A DNA stretch of 64,000 nucleotides from the IMG/VR virus record IMGVR_UViG_3300036715_002448, positions 1 through 64,000 of that record; one strand, written 5' to 3'. The position numbers and the translations under genes were made by a program. The notes beneath the pieces are model-generated. The model was not told the DNA's origin. It did not search any database and worked only from the letters and a program-made list of their open reading frames with translations. Position 1 is the first letter of the stretch. The number at the start of each line of letters is the position of its first letter. This DNA comes from an uncultured virus (IMG/VR IMGVR_UViG_3300036715_002448). Taxonomy: Duplodnaviria > Heunggongvirae > Uroviricota > Caudoviricetes. Shown here one piece after another: positions 47,655 through 57,382 of the stretch.

Positions 47655-48847
47655 GTGTTTATTACATTATTTTTGTTTTGTTTTATATCGTTTTCCCAAA
47701 CTTCTAAAACTTCAAATCCTTTAGAATTTGCAAATTCTATTTTTTGTTTATCATAATTCCATTTTTCCTGAGCAGTCATTTTTAAATTTTTATTATAATA
47801 ATCAGCTTTATATTTTATTGGATTGCAGTGCCAATAGTCTCCATTAATTTCTATAATTTTTTTACCAACTTTAAAATCAAACCCTATCCATTTTCCATGT
47901 TCTTCATCAAAAATTTCAAATTCATTTTCATAGCAAATTGCATCAGGATAAATTTTCAAAAGTTCACTAATAACAGTTTTTGACATGTTTGAAATTCTTG
48001 TTGAATTAATCTTTTTAGGTTTTCTAGAAAATTCACCATTTTTGTATTTTTCTTCAATCTTAGCCGACCATTTAGAATTTCTATCATTAAATCTTTTAGT
48101 TCCTTCAATTTCTCCTAGTTTAGCAATACATTTTTCTAAAGTAAATGTTTTTTGTCTTTCTGATATTTTTTGTTTTGCTTCATCTTCCGAAAATCCTTTA
48201 TTTAACCAGTATCTTTTTTGATTAGGATTAACAATATCAAATGTTTTTAAAAAATTATCTCTATCTGTGTCATTTTTATATTTTTTAAATTTTTTTGAAA
48301 ATGGACTTATAGACTGTCTTTGTTCTAAAGTTGTTTTTGATTTATGATTGTTATTCATTTCGCCAGTTCTATTAAATGATAGTCTTTTACTTTCATTTTT
48401 AGATACTATTAAAGAATTTGGATATTTTAATTTATATTTTTCAGTTGTCCAGTTGTCATGTCTTTGTAAATGAGAAAAAATTGATTTTGTAGCAACTCCG
48501 CAAATTTCACATTTAATATAATCATCAGGATATTTAATCAAAAGTTCTTTAGACTTTTCTAATTCTATTAATTTTTTTTTAAGTTCTTTTTCTTTAGTAT
48601 CATTTTTTCTACAATTGGATGAACAATATATTGCGTAACTTTTACCAAAAAAACTAGGTTCATTGTCGCACATTTTACATTTTACAGTAGACGTTAAATT
48701 ATTTTTTACATAGAAATATCTTTTTCTAATACTTGAATTAATAGGTAAAAATGATGTTAAATAGATTAGTTCATTTAACTCATTTTTGGATATTCTTGAA
48801 AATATATTACAAGATTTAGATTTTAAAATTTTTTCTTTTATGTCCAT
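47627..48847 (-). mobile_element. Free-standing Vsr-like homing endonuclease within fractured terL
   Basis: Zn-binding motifs; FDFKVGKKIIEINGDYWH...ANSKGFEVLEVWE; own late promoter at 48866-48879. Confidence 0.8.
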
Positions 48848-48932
48848 TTTGATATAAATTTGTATTTTATTTATATATCTTTATGGATGCAAAGTTTTAT
48901 GTTCTACAAGACAATTTAGTAAAAAAAGTGTA

Positions 48933-49478
48933 TTATTTTTCTAGAATTTCTAGAATTTTATATAATTTAACTTTTATTTTACCTAAAATAGATGGACTAA
49001 TTGCACTATAATAAAAATCACCTATTGTAGTATCTTTAATTTCTCCATTAGGATATTTTATTTTAATTTTGCTATTATAAAAGGTACACTTACCACATTG
49101 ACGCGGGGCCATAAGAATATCCCATCTATTATGTTGAAATGTCCTAAGAATTTCCTCTTGGTAATCACGGAGAGTAATTTGTTGATAACCATCATCAGTC
49201 ATTACTTTACAATATGTATTTGCAAAATATACAATATCACGAGCACAATGCCTAAGTTCATCCAATTCAAATTGGCTATAATTAAATACTAATTGTCCTC
49301 GTCTAAAATTTTGGTCACCTTCATAAAAAGGATTATCTCTAGTGACATATCCTTCTTTCATCGCTAGTACAAGTTTATCAACTTTTTCAGTAGTCCATAC
49401 TAGTTTATCTGCATTATCTAAGTTAATTTCTGTATCATCTTTTATTCCTGTGAATGAAGATGATAGTGGATTTGCCAT
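48933..49478 (-). CDS. terL: N-extein (130 aa) of terminase large subunit + short split intein IntN (51 aa)
   Basis: CARDIVYFANTY, LRDYQ, Walker A PRQCGK|CTFYNSKI...TIGDFY. Confidence 0.88.
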   Translation of the reverse strand: MANPLSSSFTGIKDDTEINLDNADKLVWTTEKVDKLVLAMKEGYVTRDNPFYEGDQNFRRGQLVFNYSQFELDELRHCARDIVYFANTYCKVMTDDGYQQITLRDYQEEILRTFQHNRWDILMAPRQCGKCTFYNSKIKIKYPNGEIKDTTIGDFYYSAISPSILGKIKVKLYKILEILEK

Positions 49479-49493
49479 TTAAAGTTAATTATT

Positions 49494-50096
49494 TTATTCA
49501 TCTTTTTCCTCGCCAAGCTCTTCTTGAATTTGTTGCATTAAATCACGGCTACCTCTAATAGTAATACCATTATGGGATGAAATTTGCTTTGGACGAGATT
49601 GTCCGTTATCAGATTTATCATAGATGTCAATATCTCTTTTAAGCTTTTTCATCGATTCCTCTGTCGCAAGAATTTGAAGTGTTTGATGTTTCATAATATC
49701 AAGCATTGTACGTTGAAGCCCTGCCAAAACCTCGAACATACGAGGAGATGCATCCCCACCATCAATACTTACCATTAACAATGTAATAGCTCTATCAGCA
49801 ATTTCCATTTGCTGGATTAATCCTGCCATGGTAGACGTTTCTATTTTTGCCCTAGCAGTTATATAATCATTTTTGCTTATAAGTTCCTCGGAAAGGTAAA
49901 ACTTCAACAAAGAATTCATCAAACTTTTAGCTTTATTAACTGACTTGGCTTTTATATCAACATAATCAACTGGTTGTACAGTTTTAAATGTTGGCAATGA
50001 AGAATTCTTAGCCATTGGAAGTCCATCCGGTTCAAAATCATCTTGCAAAATAGAATCTAATGTTTCTTTTGCAATGTCTTGTTTAGTTATGTCCAT
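49494..50096 (-). CDS. Terminase small subunit (gp16-like)
   Basis: Directly upstream of terL; SPRMFEV and GSRDLMQ motifs. Confidence 0.6.
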   Translation of the reverse strand: MDITKQDIAKETLDSILQDDFEPDGLPMAKNSSLPTFKTVQPVDYVDIKAKSVNKAKSLMNSLLKFYLSEELISKNDYITARAKIETSTMAGLIQQMEIADRAITLLMVSIDGGDASPRMFEVLAGLQRTMLDIMKHQTLQILATEESMKKLKRDIDIYDKSDNGQSRPKQISSHNGITIRGSRDLMQQIQEELGEEKDE

Positions 50097-50144
50097 AATT
50101 TTTATTTAGTGTGCTAATCGTAGTATTCACGAAGTATTTATTAG

Positions 50145-51989
50145 TTATCTAACAAAAGAATGTTCTAATTTTATAGGAGGAATGGCATTGTCAATAACTA
50201 ATGCTAATTCTTGTTCTTTAACTACGTATTGATTGAGTATGAGTGATTGTTGTTCTTCTTCTATAGGTTCTGACCAAATCCTTATATTTGTTAAGTTTAA
50301 TGTACCTGCTTTTAATTGATAAGGTGTTTCGGTTGGTAATATATCAACCGGCGTGTAATCCAAAGTTTTATTATATATTTGAAGAAGATTTGTTGTTCTG
50401 TTTTGTGTTGGATTTGATTCATCAAATTTAATTCCCCAAATATAAAAAGATAGTTGTTTAAATTCTGGTTGCAAATTAAACACAATACCATACCAAATAT
50501 CATTAGATAAAGTAGGCAAATTGGTAAATACATATTCGGCATTATTTATAATTACGGATATTGATGTTGCTGCCAATCCTGTGTAATTTACTTTTATTTG
50601 TATTCCATTTGAATTAGATAAACCATCTAAAATTACATCATAAGAATTTTTGTCTAATGCTGAATGGTTTAATTTAATCCATGCAGTAAATGCAAAATTA
50701 TCTTTTTTTAATATGTTAACTAATTTTTTGTATTTTACTGCAATGTCACCAAAATTCATACCAGTTTTCAAGTCATAATAATGTTTTGAAATAATTGTAT
50801 AATAATTTTGTAAAGTTTTAGCTTGTATTACTAATGAACTATTTACATGGCTTCTAACATAGTCATACCCGCCTATAGCAACTGTTGTATATTGGCTTGG
50901 TTTTGTTACTCTTAGATATTCTTTTTCTACAGCAGGTTGTAATGTAGTTTCAAAACTTTCATGCAAATCAGTAACATATTTATCAATATCTGGATTTTCA
51001 CGCATAACATTAAGTTTATCGGCCCATTTATACAACATTATTTTGTAGTATGCTTCCATTCCCATAAAGTCACGGAACATATAAGCCGAAGTCACTTCGT
51101 AAATACGATCTATTAATGGAAAATAAATATAATCCTTTTCTTCAGGTATTCCATTAACACCAAAAGCTCTTTCAAAATGTTCTCTTGTAATATGTCCTTC
51201 TATTCCTTCGGCAAACTCCATATCCATAGGAGTGTATTTGTCAGCATTATCCGGGAATGAGTTATCTGGGATGGCCATTTTAATATCTTTTACGTCATAT
51301 ACTTCAAATAACGAGTATTCATGTAAAACTGGGTCACCTGAGTTTGATGTTGGCCTTGTTTTGAAATACCTAACAACATGTCCAAACATCTCATTAGTTG
51401 CGCAAGCCATTTGTTGATAAATAGCTTGAGCAGGCTTCATTATATCATAAGGCCTGAATAATGAATCTGTATTACTTACTAAAATTCCTGTTGAAAAATT
51501 ACTACCTGGAGATGCTTTTGCTTTACAAGAATCTTGATTCATTGGATATGGTAAAGCCTCTGGCGATTCAGGTATTTTACCAGGTTCATAGTATATTTCT
51601 ATTCTGTTAATTGAACGAGCTCCATTAGAAGTTCCTCTTCTAACAAACTTAAATTGTAAATCAAAAGAATCTGGATCTTGTCTAATTATTTTTGAATAAA
51701 TATCATCAATTCCGGATACAGGTTTACCTCCATCTGTTATTTGTGTCCAAGCTGACCAAACAATTCTAGGATTCCCTAATGATAAAGATGCTCTTGTTGC
51801 ATTAATTATGTCATAACTCCATCTTATGTAAATATCATGACCTTGGTCCCAAGATTCAATAGGATTTATGACAAATTGAATGTCTGTTATTGATTTTATG
51901 TATGTAAAAGTGCCAGTAAAGTCTACTCGTATAGTATCGCCTTCTGTATAAGTTATGTTATTAGAATCAATAAAGAATTCAAGTTTCAT
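50145..51989 (-). CDS. Neck/head-closure protein (gp14-like) with extra N-terminal and LamG-like C-terminal domains
   Basis: FGHVVRYF, DPVLHEY, PEEKDYIYFPLIDRIYEV; FAFTAWIK, TNIRIW. Confidence 0.6.
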   Translation of the reverse strand: MKLEFFIDSNNITYTEGDTIRVDFTGTFTYIKSITDIQFVINPIESWDQGHDIYIRWSYDIINATRASLSLGNPRIVWSAWTQITDGGKPVSGIDDIYSKIIRQDPDSFDLQFKFVRRGTSNGARSINRIEIYYEPGKIPESPEALPYPMNQDSCKAKASPGSNFSTGILVSNTDSLFRPYDIMKPAQAIYQQMACATNEMFGHVVRYFKTRPTSNSGDPVLHEYSLFEVYDVKDIKMAIPDNSFPDNADKYTPMDMEFAEGIEGHITREHFERAFGVNGIPEEKDYIYFPLIDRIYEVTSAYMFRDFMGMEAYYKIMLYKWADKLNVMRENPDIDKYVTDLHESFETTLQPAVEKEYLRVTKPSQYTTVAIGGYDYVRSHVNSSLVIQAKTLQNYYTIISKHYYDLKTGMNFGDIAVKYKKLVNILKKDNFAFTAWIKLNHSALDKNSYDVILDGLSNSNGIQIKVNYTGLAATSISVIINNAEYVFTNLPTLSNDIWYGIVFNLQPEFKQLSFYIWGIKFDESNPTQNRTTNLLQIYNKTLDYTPVDILPTETPYQLKAGTLNLTNIRIWSEPIEEEQQSLILNQYVVKEQELALVIDNAIPPIKLEHSFVR

Positions 51990-51998
51990 TAAGTTAGT

Positions 51999-52469
51999 TT
52001 ATTTTACACTACTAGCTTCAATAACATGTTGAACAACTGTTTGAACAGCCTCAGGATTGATTGACTGTTTTGAAAGGTATTGAATAAACATTGTTATAGC
52101 TAATCCTGCGATAGATCCAAAAACAATCCATAGTGCTTTATTTATTCCACCTTGCCATTTTTCAATATTATCTATCCTATTTAGTATTTTTGGTAATAGT
52201 TTATTAATATCTTCGTCTTCTGTAATATGGTCTTCTATTAATTCTGTATTTTTGTTAACTTTTACAACGACTCCGTTATCAGGATCTAATAGTCTTTTAC
52301 TCAAATCAGAAACCTTTTCTCTAATAACTTTTTGTTCTTCCATTATTTCATTAACACTATTTTTAATTGAATTTAATTCACCATTTGGCAACCTCTTACG
52401 AATTTCTTCCAATTTTTTAAAAATGTCATCAAATAAATCTCCTTGCATAGAGTCTGTACTATTTGCCAT
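51999..52469 (-). CDS. Coiled-coil protein with single C-terminal TM
   Basis: Hydrophobic ALWIVFGSIAGLAITMFI; late promoter at 52486-52499. Confidence 0.55.
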   Translation of the reverse strand: MANSTDSMQGDLFDDIFKKLEEIRKRLPNGELNSIKNSVNEIMEEQKVIREKVSDLSKRLLDPDNGVVVKVNKNTELIEDHITEDEDINKLLPKILNRIDNIEKWQGGINKALWIVFGSIAGLAITMFIQYLSKQSINPEAVQTVVQHVIEASSVK

Positions 52470-52537
52470 GTTATCTACATAATTTTTTATTTATATATCT
52501 AAGACAATTTACTTAAACTATGTAAAAGCAATAAAAT

Positions 52538-52948
52538 CTACAATTCTGTTTGTTTTTTTAGTTTGTCAAATATGAGTTTTGTCTCTGTAGGATTAAATTT
52601 AATCATCATTTTCAAATCCTGTTCTGACATCTTATGAGTAGTTAGGTATAAAGACACAAGTTCTTTAGGAGGGTACCATTCTTTTTGAGATTCTGTTTTT
52701 TTCGTTTTTGTATAAACCCAATAAGGGACCTTATTATATCTAGAAGCAACCATTTGCCAAAGGTCGACAAGTACAGCCCCATTGATCCCATTAAAATTAA
52801 GAGATTGTGCCGTTGATGGGTATTTGATGGAAAAAAATCTGTTAACAATAAAACTATGTTTGCTCTTTGCTATATTAGATATTTCTGAATACTTTTTAGA
52901 GTCTGTAAACATTATTTTTATCAAATCAAATAATTCAATATTAGCCAT
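52538..52948 (-). CDS. Probable clamp loader small subunit (gp62-like)
   Basis: FIVNRFFS...W.YTKTKK pattern, size, and clamp loader nearby. Confidence 0.45.
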   Translation of the reverse strand: MANIELFDLIKIMFTDSKKYSEISNIAKSKHSFIVNRFFSIKYPSTAQSLNFNGINGAVLVDLWQMVASRYNKVPYWVYTKTKKTESQKEWYPPKELVSLYLTTHKMSEQDLKMMIKFNPTETKLIFDKLKKQTEL

Positions 52949-53192
52949 TTGTTTTTGTATCTTTAGTCTCGTTAATTCTAATTTCGTTAATAAATTTTTT
53001 CTTTTCTAACAAAAATTTCTTTTCGTTAAGCGTATTAGAGTCTTGTATTGCAGTTGAAAGTTTTTCTACTGCTAATATTAATCTTTTTATATCAAAATCT
53101 TTTTCAGATGATGTAGTATTTTTATTCGTAACTCTAAGAATTGTTTTAGAAGACCTATTGTTTTCATTGCTTCCTGTGTGTTCTCCAGCCAT
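52941..53192 (-). CDS. Hypothetical protein
   Basis: ORF track. Confidence 0.5.
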   Translation of the reverse strand: MAGEHTGSNENNRSSKTILRVTNKNTTSSEKDFDIKRLILAVEKLSTAIQDSNTLNEKKFLLEKKKFINEIRINETKDTKTNG

Positions 53193-53206
53193 TATGTATA
53201 ATTTAA

Positions 53207-54448
53207 TTATTTTAGTAATTCAGACCAATAGGAGTCATCAAATGAACCCTGTGTGTCTGTTATGTTAACAGATGTTGTTGGTTTAATATTTTTTAATATA
53301 CTTGTATCATTTGGATTTAAATCACTTTGATAAGTAGTAAGTTTTAAAATTTCTTCCTTTCTAATCATAAGATCCAAATGTACTGCAGATATTTTTAAAT
53401 TTATTTTATGTTCAATATCATCCATAATCGCATCAAAAATATCAGTTGGTAAACAATTTTTATGCAAAAACATTAAATCACGATTCATTTTCCATTTAGC
53501 GACAAGCTCAGCATTAGTTTTGTCTTGTATGTTTAAATGAGTTTTTGTTAATTCACAAATCAATTTAATAAATTCATCGGCGAAAAAATGATGTTGTTTG
53601 ACTGAAAAATTTAATCCTTTAAACTTAGATAAAATATCTTCAGATTGTTTATCTGTTATTACATATCTTTGTGGACCTCGTTTAGTTTCCTTAATCTTTA
53701 CATACAAAGGAGAAACATTATCACCATCATCACCTTTTAGAATTTTTTTAAATAAAAAGTCATTAGTATTAATTTCATCGATTTTTATTTTTTCCTTTTG
53801 TATTAAACTTGTTAAATCTGATTTAACAGTATCAAGTGATTGTGCACCAAGGTTAAAAATATCAGCAACATCTCCAGAATCTTCTATTTTTAACCAATTT
53901 GAAAATCCAGGAAATACATGTAAGTTTTTGTCAAACTTATTATAATACACTGTACTAGCATCTAAATTTTTGTCATAGTTAATCAATTGAAGAAGGTCAT
54001 TATCACCAGATATAATAATTGCATTTTGCCCCATTTGGTTAAGATAACTTGACCAACCAAAAATTAAGTCATCAGCTTCAGCATTTTTAACTTTAGAAGT
54101 TATAACACCCATTTTTTTGATAGCAGTAATAAATTCATCGTGAACAGCAAAAACAGCAGCCCAATCAACATTAGTAGATTGAACTCTATTTCCTTTGTAA
54201 TCTTGGTCTGTTGTCATTTGTTTACGCCAAGACGAGTAATCCATACAATAAACAATTTGGTTTGTTACATCCCTAAAACGACGTATTTCAGCTGCAAAAT
54301 CAACCGATAATTTCCAAAGCAATAATTGTTTATCTGCTTCTGGGTCATCTATAAAATTCATTCCTTTTCCCATTTTCATACGTTGGCAAACATGGAATGT
54401 TTTAAGCAGCCAAAAATTTCCATCCAGAAGTAGCGTAAATTTATTCAT
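53207..54448 (-). CDS. T4 RNase H-like 5'-3' exonuclease/flap endonuclease
   Basis: LLDGN, SWRK, YKGNR, EADD, ISGDNDLLQL, GDDGDNV. Confidence 0.9.
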   Translation of the reverse strand: MNKFTLLLDGNFWLLKTFHVCQRMKMGKGMNFIDDPEADKQLLLWKLSVDFAAEIRRFRDVTNQIVYCMDYSSWRKQMTTDQDYKGNRVQSTNVDWAAVFAVHDEFITAIKKMGVITSKVKNAEADDLIFGWSSYLNQMGQNAIIISGDNDLLQLINYDKNLDASTVYYNKFDKNLHVFPGFSNWLKIEDSGDVADIFNLGAQSLDTVKSDLTSLIQKEKIKIDEINTNDFLFKKILKGDDGDNVSPLYVKIKETKRGPQRYVITDKQSEDILSKFKGLNFSVKQHHFFADEFIKLICELTKTHLNIQDKTNAELVAKWKMNRDLMFLHKNCLPTDIFDAIMDDIEHKINLKISAVHLDLMIRKEEILKLTTYQSDLNPNDTSILKNIKPTTSVNITDTQGSFDDSYWSELLK

Positions 54449-54541
54449 AATTTAATAATTTTTATATTTTTTGTGGCATTTTTTTTATTTTATTCTCTTT
54501 TAAAATTTAAGATAAGTTAAATTAAAAATATATCAAAAAGA

Positions 54542-55324
54542 CTAAATAGTTTTTAAAAATTCATGCAATTGTTTATTCCACTTAGCATCTTCAAGTGCAT
54601 TGTGTTCATTAGTTTGAACAGGATATCCAGGTAGTTCACTAATATCTAAATTGACACCTTTTGATTTTATGCTACGTTCTATTAGTTTTTCATCCAATAT
54701 TTGTTTCAAATCATTACAGTACATTGGGAACCCTTTAGGCAAATCTGTCATAAGTCCAAACAACCAACAGAATACAACCCAGTCATAATCTGAATAATAT
54801 CCATAAAATGTTGGAAATAAACTAGGACTTACAGGTTCATATTTTTGAGCTTCCTGTAAAGGGGTTAAACCAAACTGGTTATCCGATTTTCCATAAACAA
54901 ATTCTATTACTTCATTTGCTATTTGAATATTAGATTTTCCATATTTTTTTACAAGCATTTTTAACCTATTTAACGTGAAAGCTTTAACAGGTGTTTTTGT
55001 TTCTTCGGTTCCTTTTTTAACTATAATATATGAATAACCATATTCTTTTATACAAAGTTCTTCAAAAATAGGTTTAAGAACATTGTCCCTAATCCAATAT
55101 ATCTTTTTTCCTGAAAATCCATTGTATTTTTCAAAAGAAGTTAATTCGGCAACATAATATCTATTCCAAGCTTCTTTTATATTAAATTCATTTGAAATAG
55201 AATAGTATTGTTTATCATCTTCCGAAACAATTCCAATAGAAATTAAATCTATAGTAGGTTTTGACTTTCCTATAATGCTCTTTTGCGGCCCTTCTATGAA
55301 CTCGGTATCTAAGTAGTATTTCAT
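54542..55324 (-). CDS. DEDD 3'-5' exoribonuclease (Rv2179c-like)
   Basis: YLDTEFIE, LISIGIV, YSDYDWVVF, HNALEDAKW. Confidence 0.85.
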   Translation of the reverse strand: MKYYLDTEFIEGPQKSIIGKSKPTIDLISIGIVSEDDKQYYSISNEFNIKEAWNRYYVAELTSFEKYNGFSGKKIYWIRDNVLKPIFEELCIKEYGYSYIIVKKGTEETKTPVKAFTLNRLKMLVKKYGKSNIQIANEVIEFVYGKSDNQFGLTPLQEAQKYEPVSPSLFPTFYGYYSDYDWVVFCWLFGLMTDLPKGFPMYCNDLKQILDEKLIERSIKSKGVNLDISELPGYPVQTNEHNALEDAKWNKQLHEFLKTI

Positions 55325-55325
55325 A

Positions 55326-55748
55326 TTAAATTATTTTATTTAATTTTAAAAGTTCTTCGACTTTAACCCAATCAACAAAAGGTTTATTAGAAAGTTCTAA
55401 GTTAAAATTCAAAGGACATCCCAAAGACGCATCATCAATATACATTTGGGCAAATGCCTTTGGACTAGATGTCCATGATTTTTGAGTAGGATTTGTATTT
55501 ATTCCAAACAGAGGAATTTCATTTTCTTTAAACCATTCTACTGCTTCTGTTAAGTACTGTCCGGGAATTCCAAAAATACTTGCATCAGGAGCTGCTACTA
55601 CTTTATCATCACTTCTCATCGTAAATAAAATTAATTTATGCCCAGCTTCTATTAATTTTTTTAAAACAGGAACAGCTCCAATATCTTTACCTATTCTTGG
55701 AAACTCGTGCGTTACGCAAGTTCCATCAAAGTCAATACATACCACCAT
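55326..55748 (-). CDS. HAD-family phosphatase (BT0820-like)
   Basis: IDFDGT, LILFTMR, PK...YIDD. Confidence 0.85.
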   Translation of the reverse strand: MVVCIDFDGTCVTHEFPRIGKDIGAVPVLKKLIEAGHKLILFTMRSDDKVVAAPDASIFGIPGQYLTEAVEWFKENEIPLFGINTNPTQKSWTSSPKAFAQMYIDDASLGCPLNFNLELSNKPFVDWVKVEELLKLNKII

Positions 55749-55890
55749 ATTTTTTCCATTTAAAATTTTTATGTGTCATTCTTTTTCCATTCACACAATA
55801 AGCAATACAAAATGCTATAAAACTACCTTTTTCGTCTGATTCATTTGTGCTATTCCATATTTTAATTATATTTTTATTGACAAGTCATAT
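55732..55890 (-). pseudogene. NUMOD1-type remnant of a lost homing endonuclease
   Basis: YDL/KNIIKIWNSTNE...CIAYCVNGKRMTHKNFKWKKY, frameshifted, overlapping HAD start. Confidence 0.55.
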
Positions 55891-55942
55891 TATATTAATA
55901 GAATAGAAAGTGCTTTACTTAATTTTTCTTTTTGATTATTTA

Positions 55943-56896
55943 TCACGCATTAAGAATAGCTTTTAATTTAAACACTAAAGAAACCATACAAACAACAGGG
56001 TCAATAACAAATTTTAATTCAAATGAATGTTTATTAACTTCATAAGCAACTTCACCAATTTTTCTAATGTAATTTGGTTGTTCTAATTGAATATAATCAA
56101 TAAAGTCTGTTCCTAATGACTTAATAATATCATCTACCTTTGTTGAGTAGTTTGATACAAGGAATTGGTAAGATTTTACTTCATCATAAGATTTATCAAA
56201 TAACATTTCGTAAACATCTTTAAAAACTCCATGGAATTTTTTAATATCAACCAATGTTATTTTCATTTTTCCTTCTGTATAAAATCCTTGTAAAATGTTA
56301 ATAATAGAACGCATATCAGGAAATTTACGTTTTGTCAATTCAATTAATGCATCCTTTTCAATTGACATTCCTTCAATTTTAAGAATTTCAAATATTCTTA
56401 CATAATATTTCTTTTCGATTTCTGCTTCTTCTTCAGCCGTAAAATCAAAATTTATACAATCAAAACGAGACTGAATATTATCAGGAATTTTGTTGAAATA
56501 ATTACAAGTTGCTATGAATCTAGCGGTTGACTCAAATTGTTCAATTGTACCACGAAGAGCTTTCATGTATGCATCAGATACACCATCAAACTCATCAAGA
56601 ATAACATATTTCAATTGGCGGTTACCATCCAAAACAGATAAAGAAGAACAAAATTCGGTTATTTTTGTTCTAACATTTTCAACAGAAGTATCAAGTGAAC
56701 AGTTAACAAAAAGAGTTGCATTATGTTTGCATAGTACTTTAGCTGTTGTCGATTTTCCGGTTCCAGGGCTAGAATATAAAAGTAAATTATTTTGCACTCC
56801 TTTGGAGAGTTTGTTCATAACCCTAGATGGTAAAATAATTTCAGATAATTCGGTCGGACGATACCTTTCAGTCCATAATAATTTTTTTGGATTCAT
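55943..56896 (-). CDS. Clamp loader large subunit (gp44/RFC-like)
   Basis: LWTERYRP, PGTGKST, ILDEFD, ALRG, IQSRF, FPDMR. Confidence 0.92.
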   Translation of the reverse strand: MNPKKLLWTERYRPTELSEIILPSRVMNKLSKGVQNNLLLYSSPGTGKSTTAKVLCKHNATLFVNCSLDTSVENVRTKITEFCSSLSVLDGNRQLKYVILDEFDGVSDAYMKALRGTIEQFESTARFIATCNYFNKIPDNIQSRFDCINFDFTAEEEAEIEKKYYVRIFEILKIEGMSIEKDALIELTKRKFPDMRSIINILQGFYTEGKMKITLVDIKKFHGVFKDVYEMLFDKSYDEVKSYQFLVSNYSTKVDDIIKSLGTDFIDYIQLEQPNYIRKIGEVAYEVNKHSFELKFVIDPVVCMVSLVFKLKAILNA

Positions 56897-56922
56897 TTAC
56901 TTTAAATTTTTCTATTTTTTAA

Positions 56923-56950
56923 ATTATATGTCAAAAGGACGGATTTGTTT
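56923..56950 (-). promoter_or_regulatory. AAAC-N16-CATATAAT promoter
   Basis: Exact motif upstream of the clamp loader. Confidence 0.65.
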
Positions 56951-56962
56951 ATCCGTCCTTTT
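56933..56962. terminator. Intrinsic terminator overlapping the promoter
   Basis: AAAAGGACGGAT / ATCCGTCCTTTT. Confidence 0.7.
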
Positions 56963-57151
56963 AAGTATTTAGAAATATAAAATAAGAATGAGTATTGTCT
57001 TTCGTATTGAACTGTGTCCGCCTAATTCAAATAAATGGCCCATTAAGACTTTTAAAGTAAATCACTGATAAGAATGCTAATCACTTAATTTGATTTTTTC
57101 AATGGTATTATCAATAGTGTTGCTCATTGCTAGTAATTTAGAATGTTCAAT

Positions 57152-57325
57152 TTATTTTGGCTGGCATACAGTTAATAATACTAAAAATGCAATCAAAGAA
57201 ACTACAAAAAACCAACTTAGTAAAGTTATATGTTTTTCACGTGCTTCTTGTTTTAGCCTAATAGCTTTTAGTCGTTCAATGTCATTTCTTTGCCATTCAC
57301 GAAAAGCTTCGAGTGTATTTTTCAT
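57152..57325 (-). CDS. 57-aa membrane microprotein (not in ORF track)
   Basis: MKNTLEAFREWQRNDIERLKAIRLKQEAREKHITLLSWFFVVSLIAFLVLLTVCQPK. Confidence 0.55.
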   Translation of the reverse strand: MKNTLEAFREWQRNDIERLKAIRLKQEAREKHITLLSWFFVVSLIAFLVLLTVCQPK

Positions 57326-57382
57326 ATTTACATTAATTTATATTTGAATTTTTATATGACATAAAATACTTCCACTTAATTT

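Noticed and set aside
38102-48847. Group I introns as the explanation for the interrupted topo II and terL genes
   Set aside because: Both flanks carry clear intein blocks (Cys1, block B His, HN + Ser/Thr), and the spacers are too short for a ribozyme core
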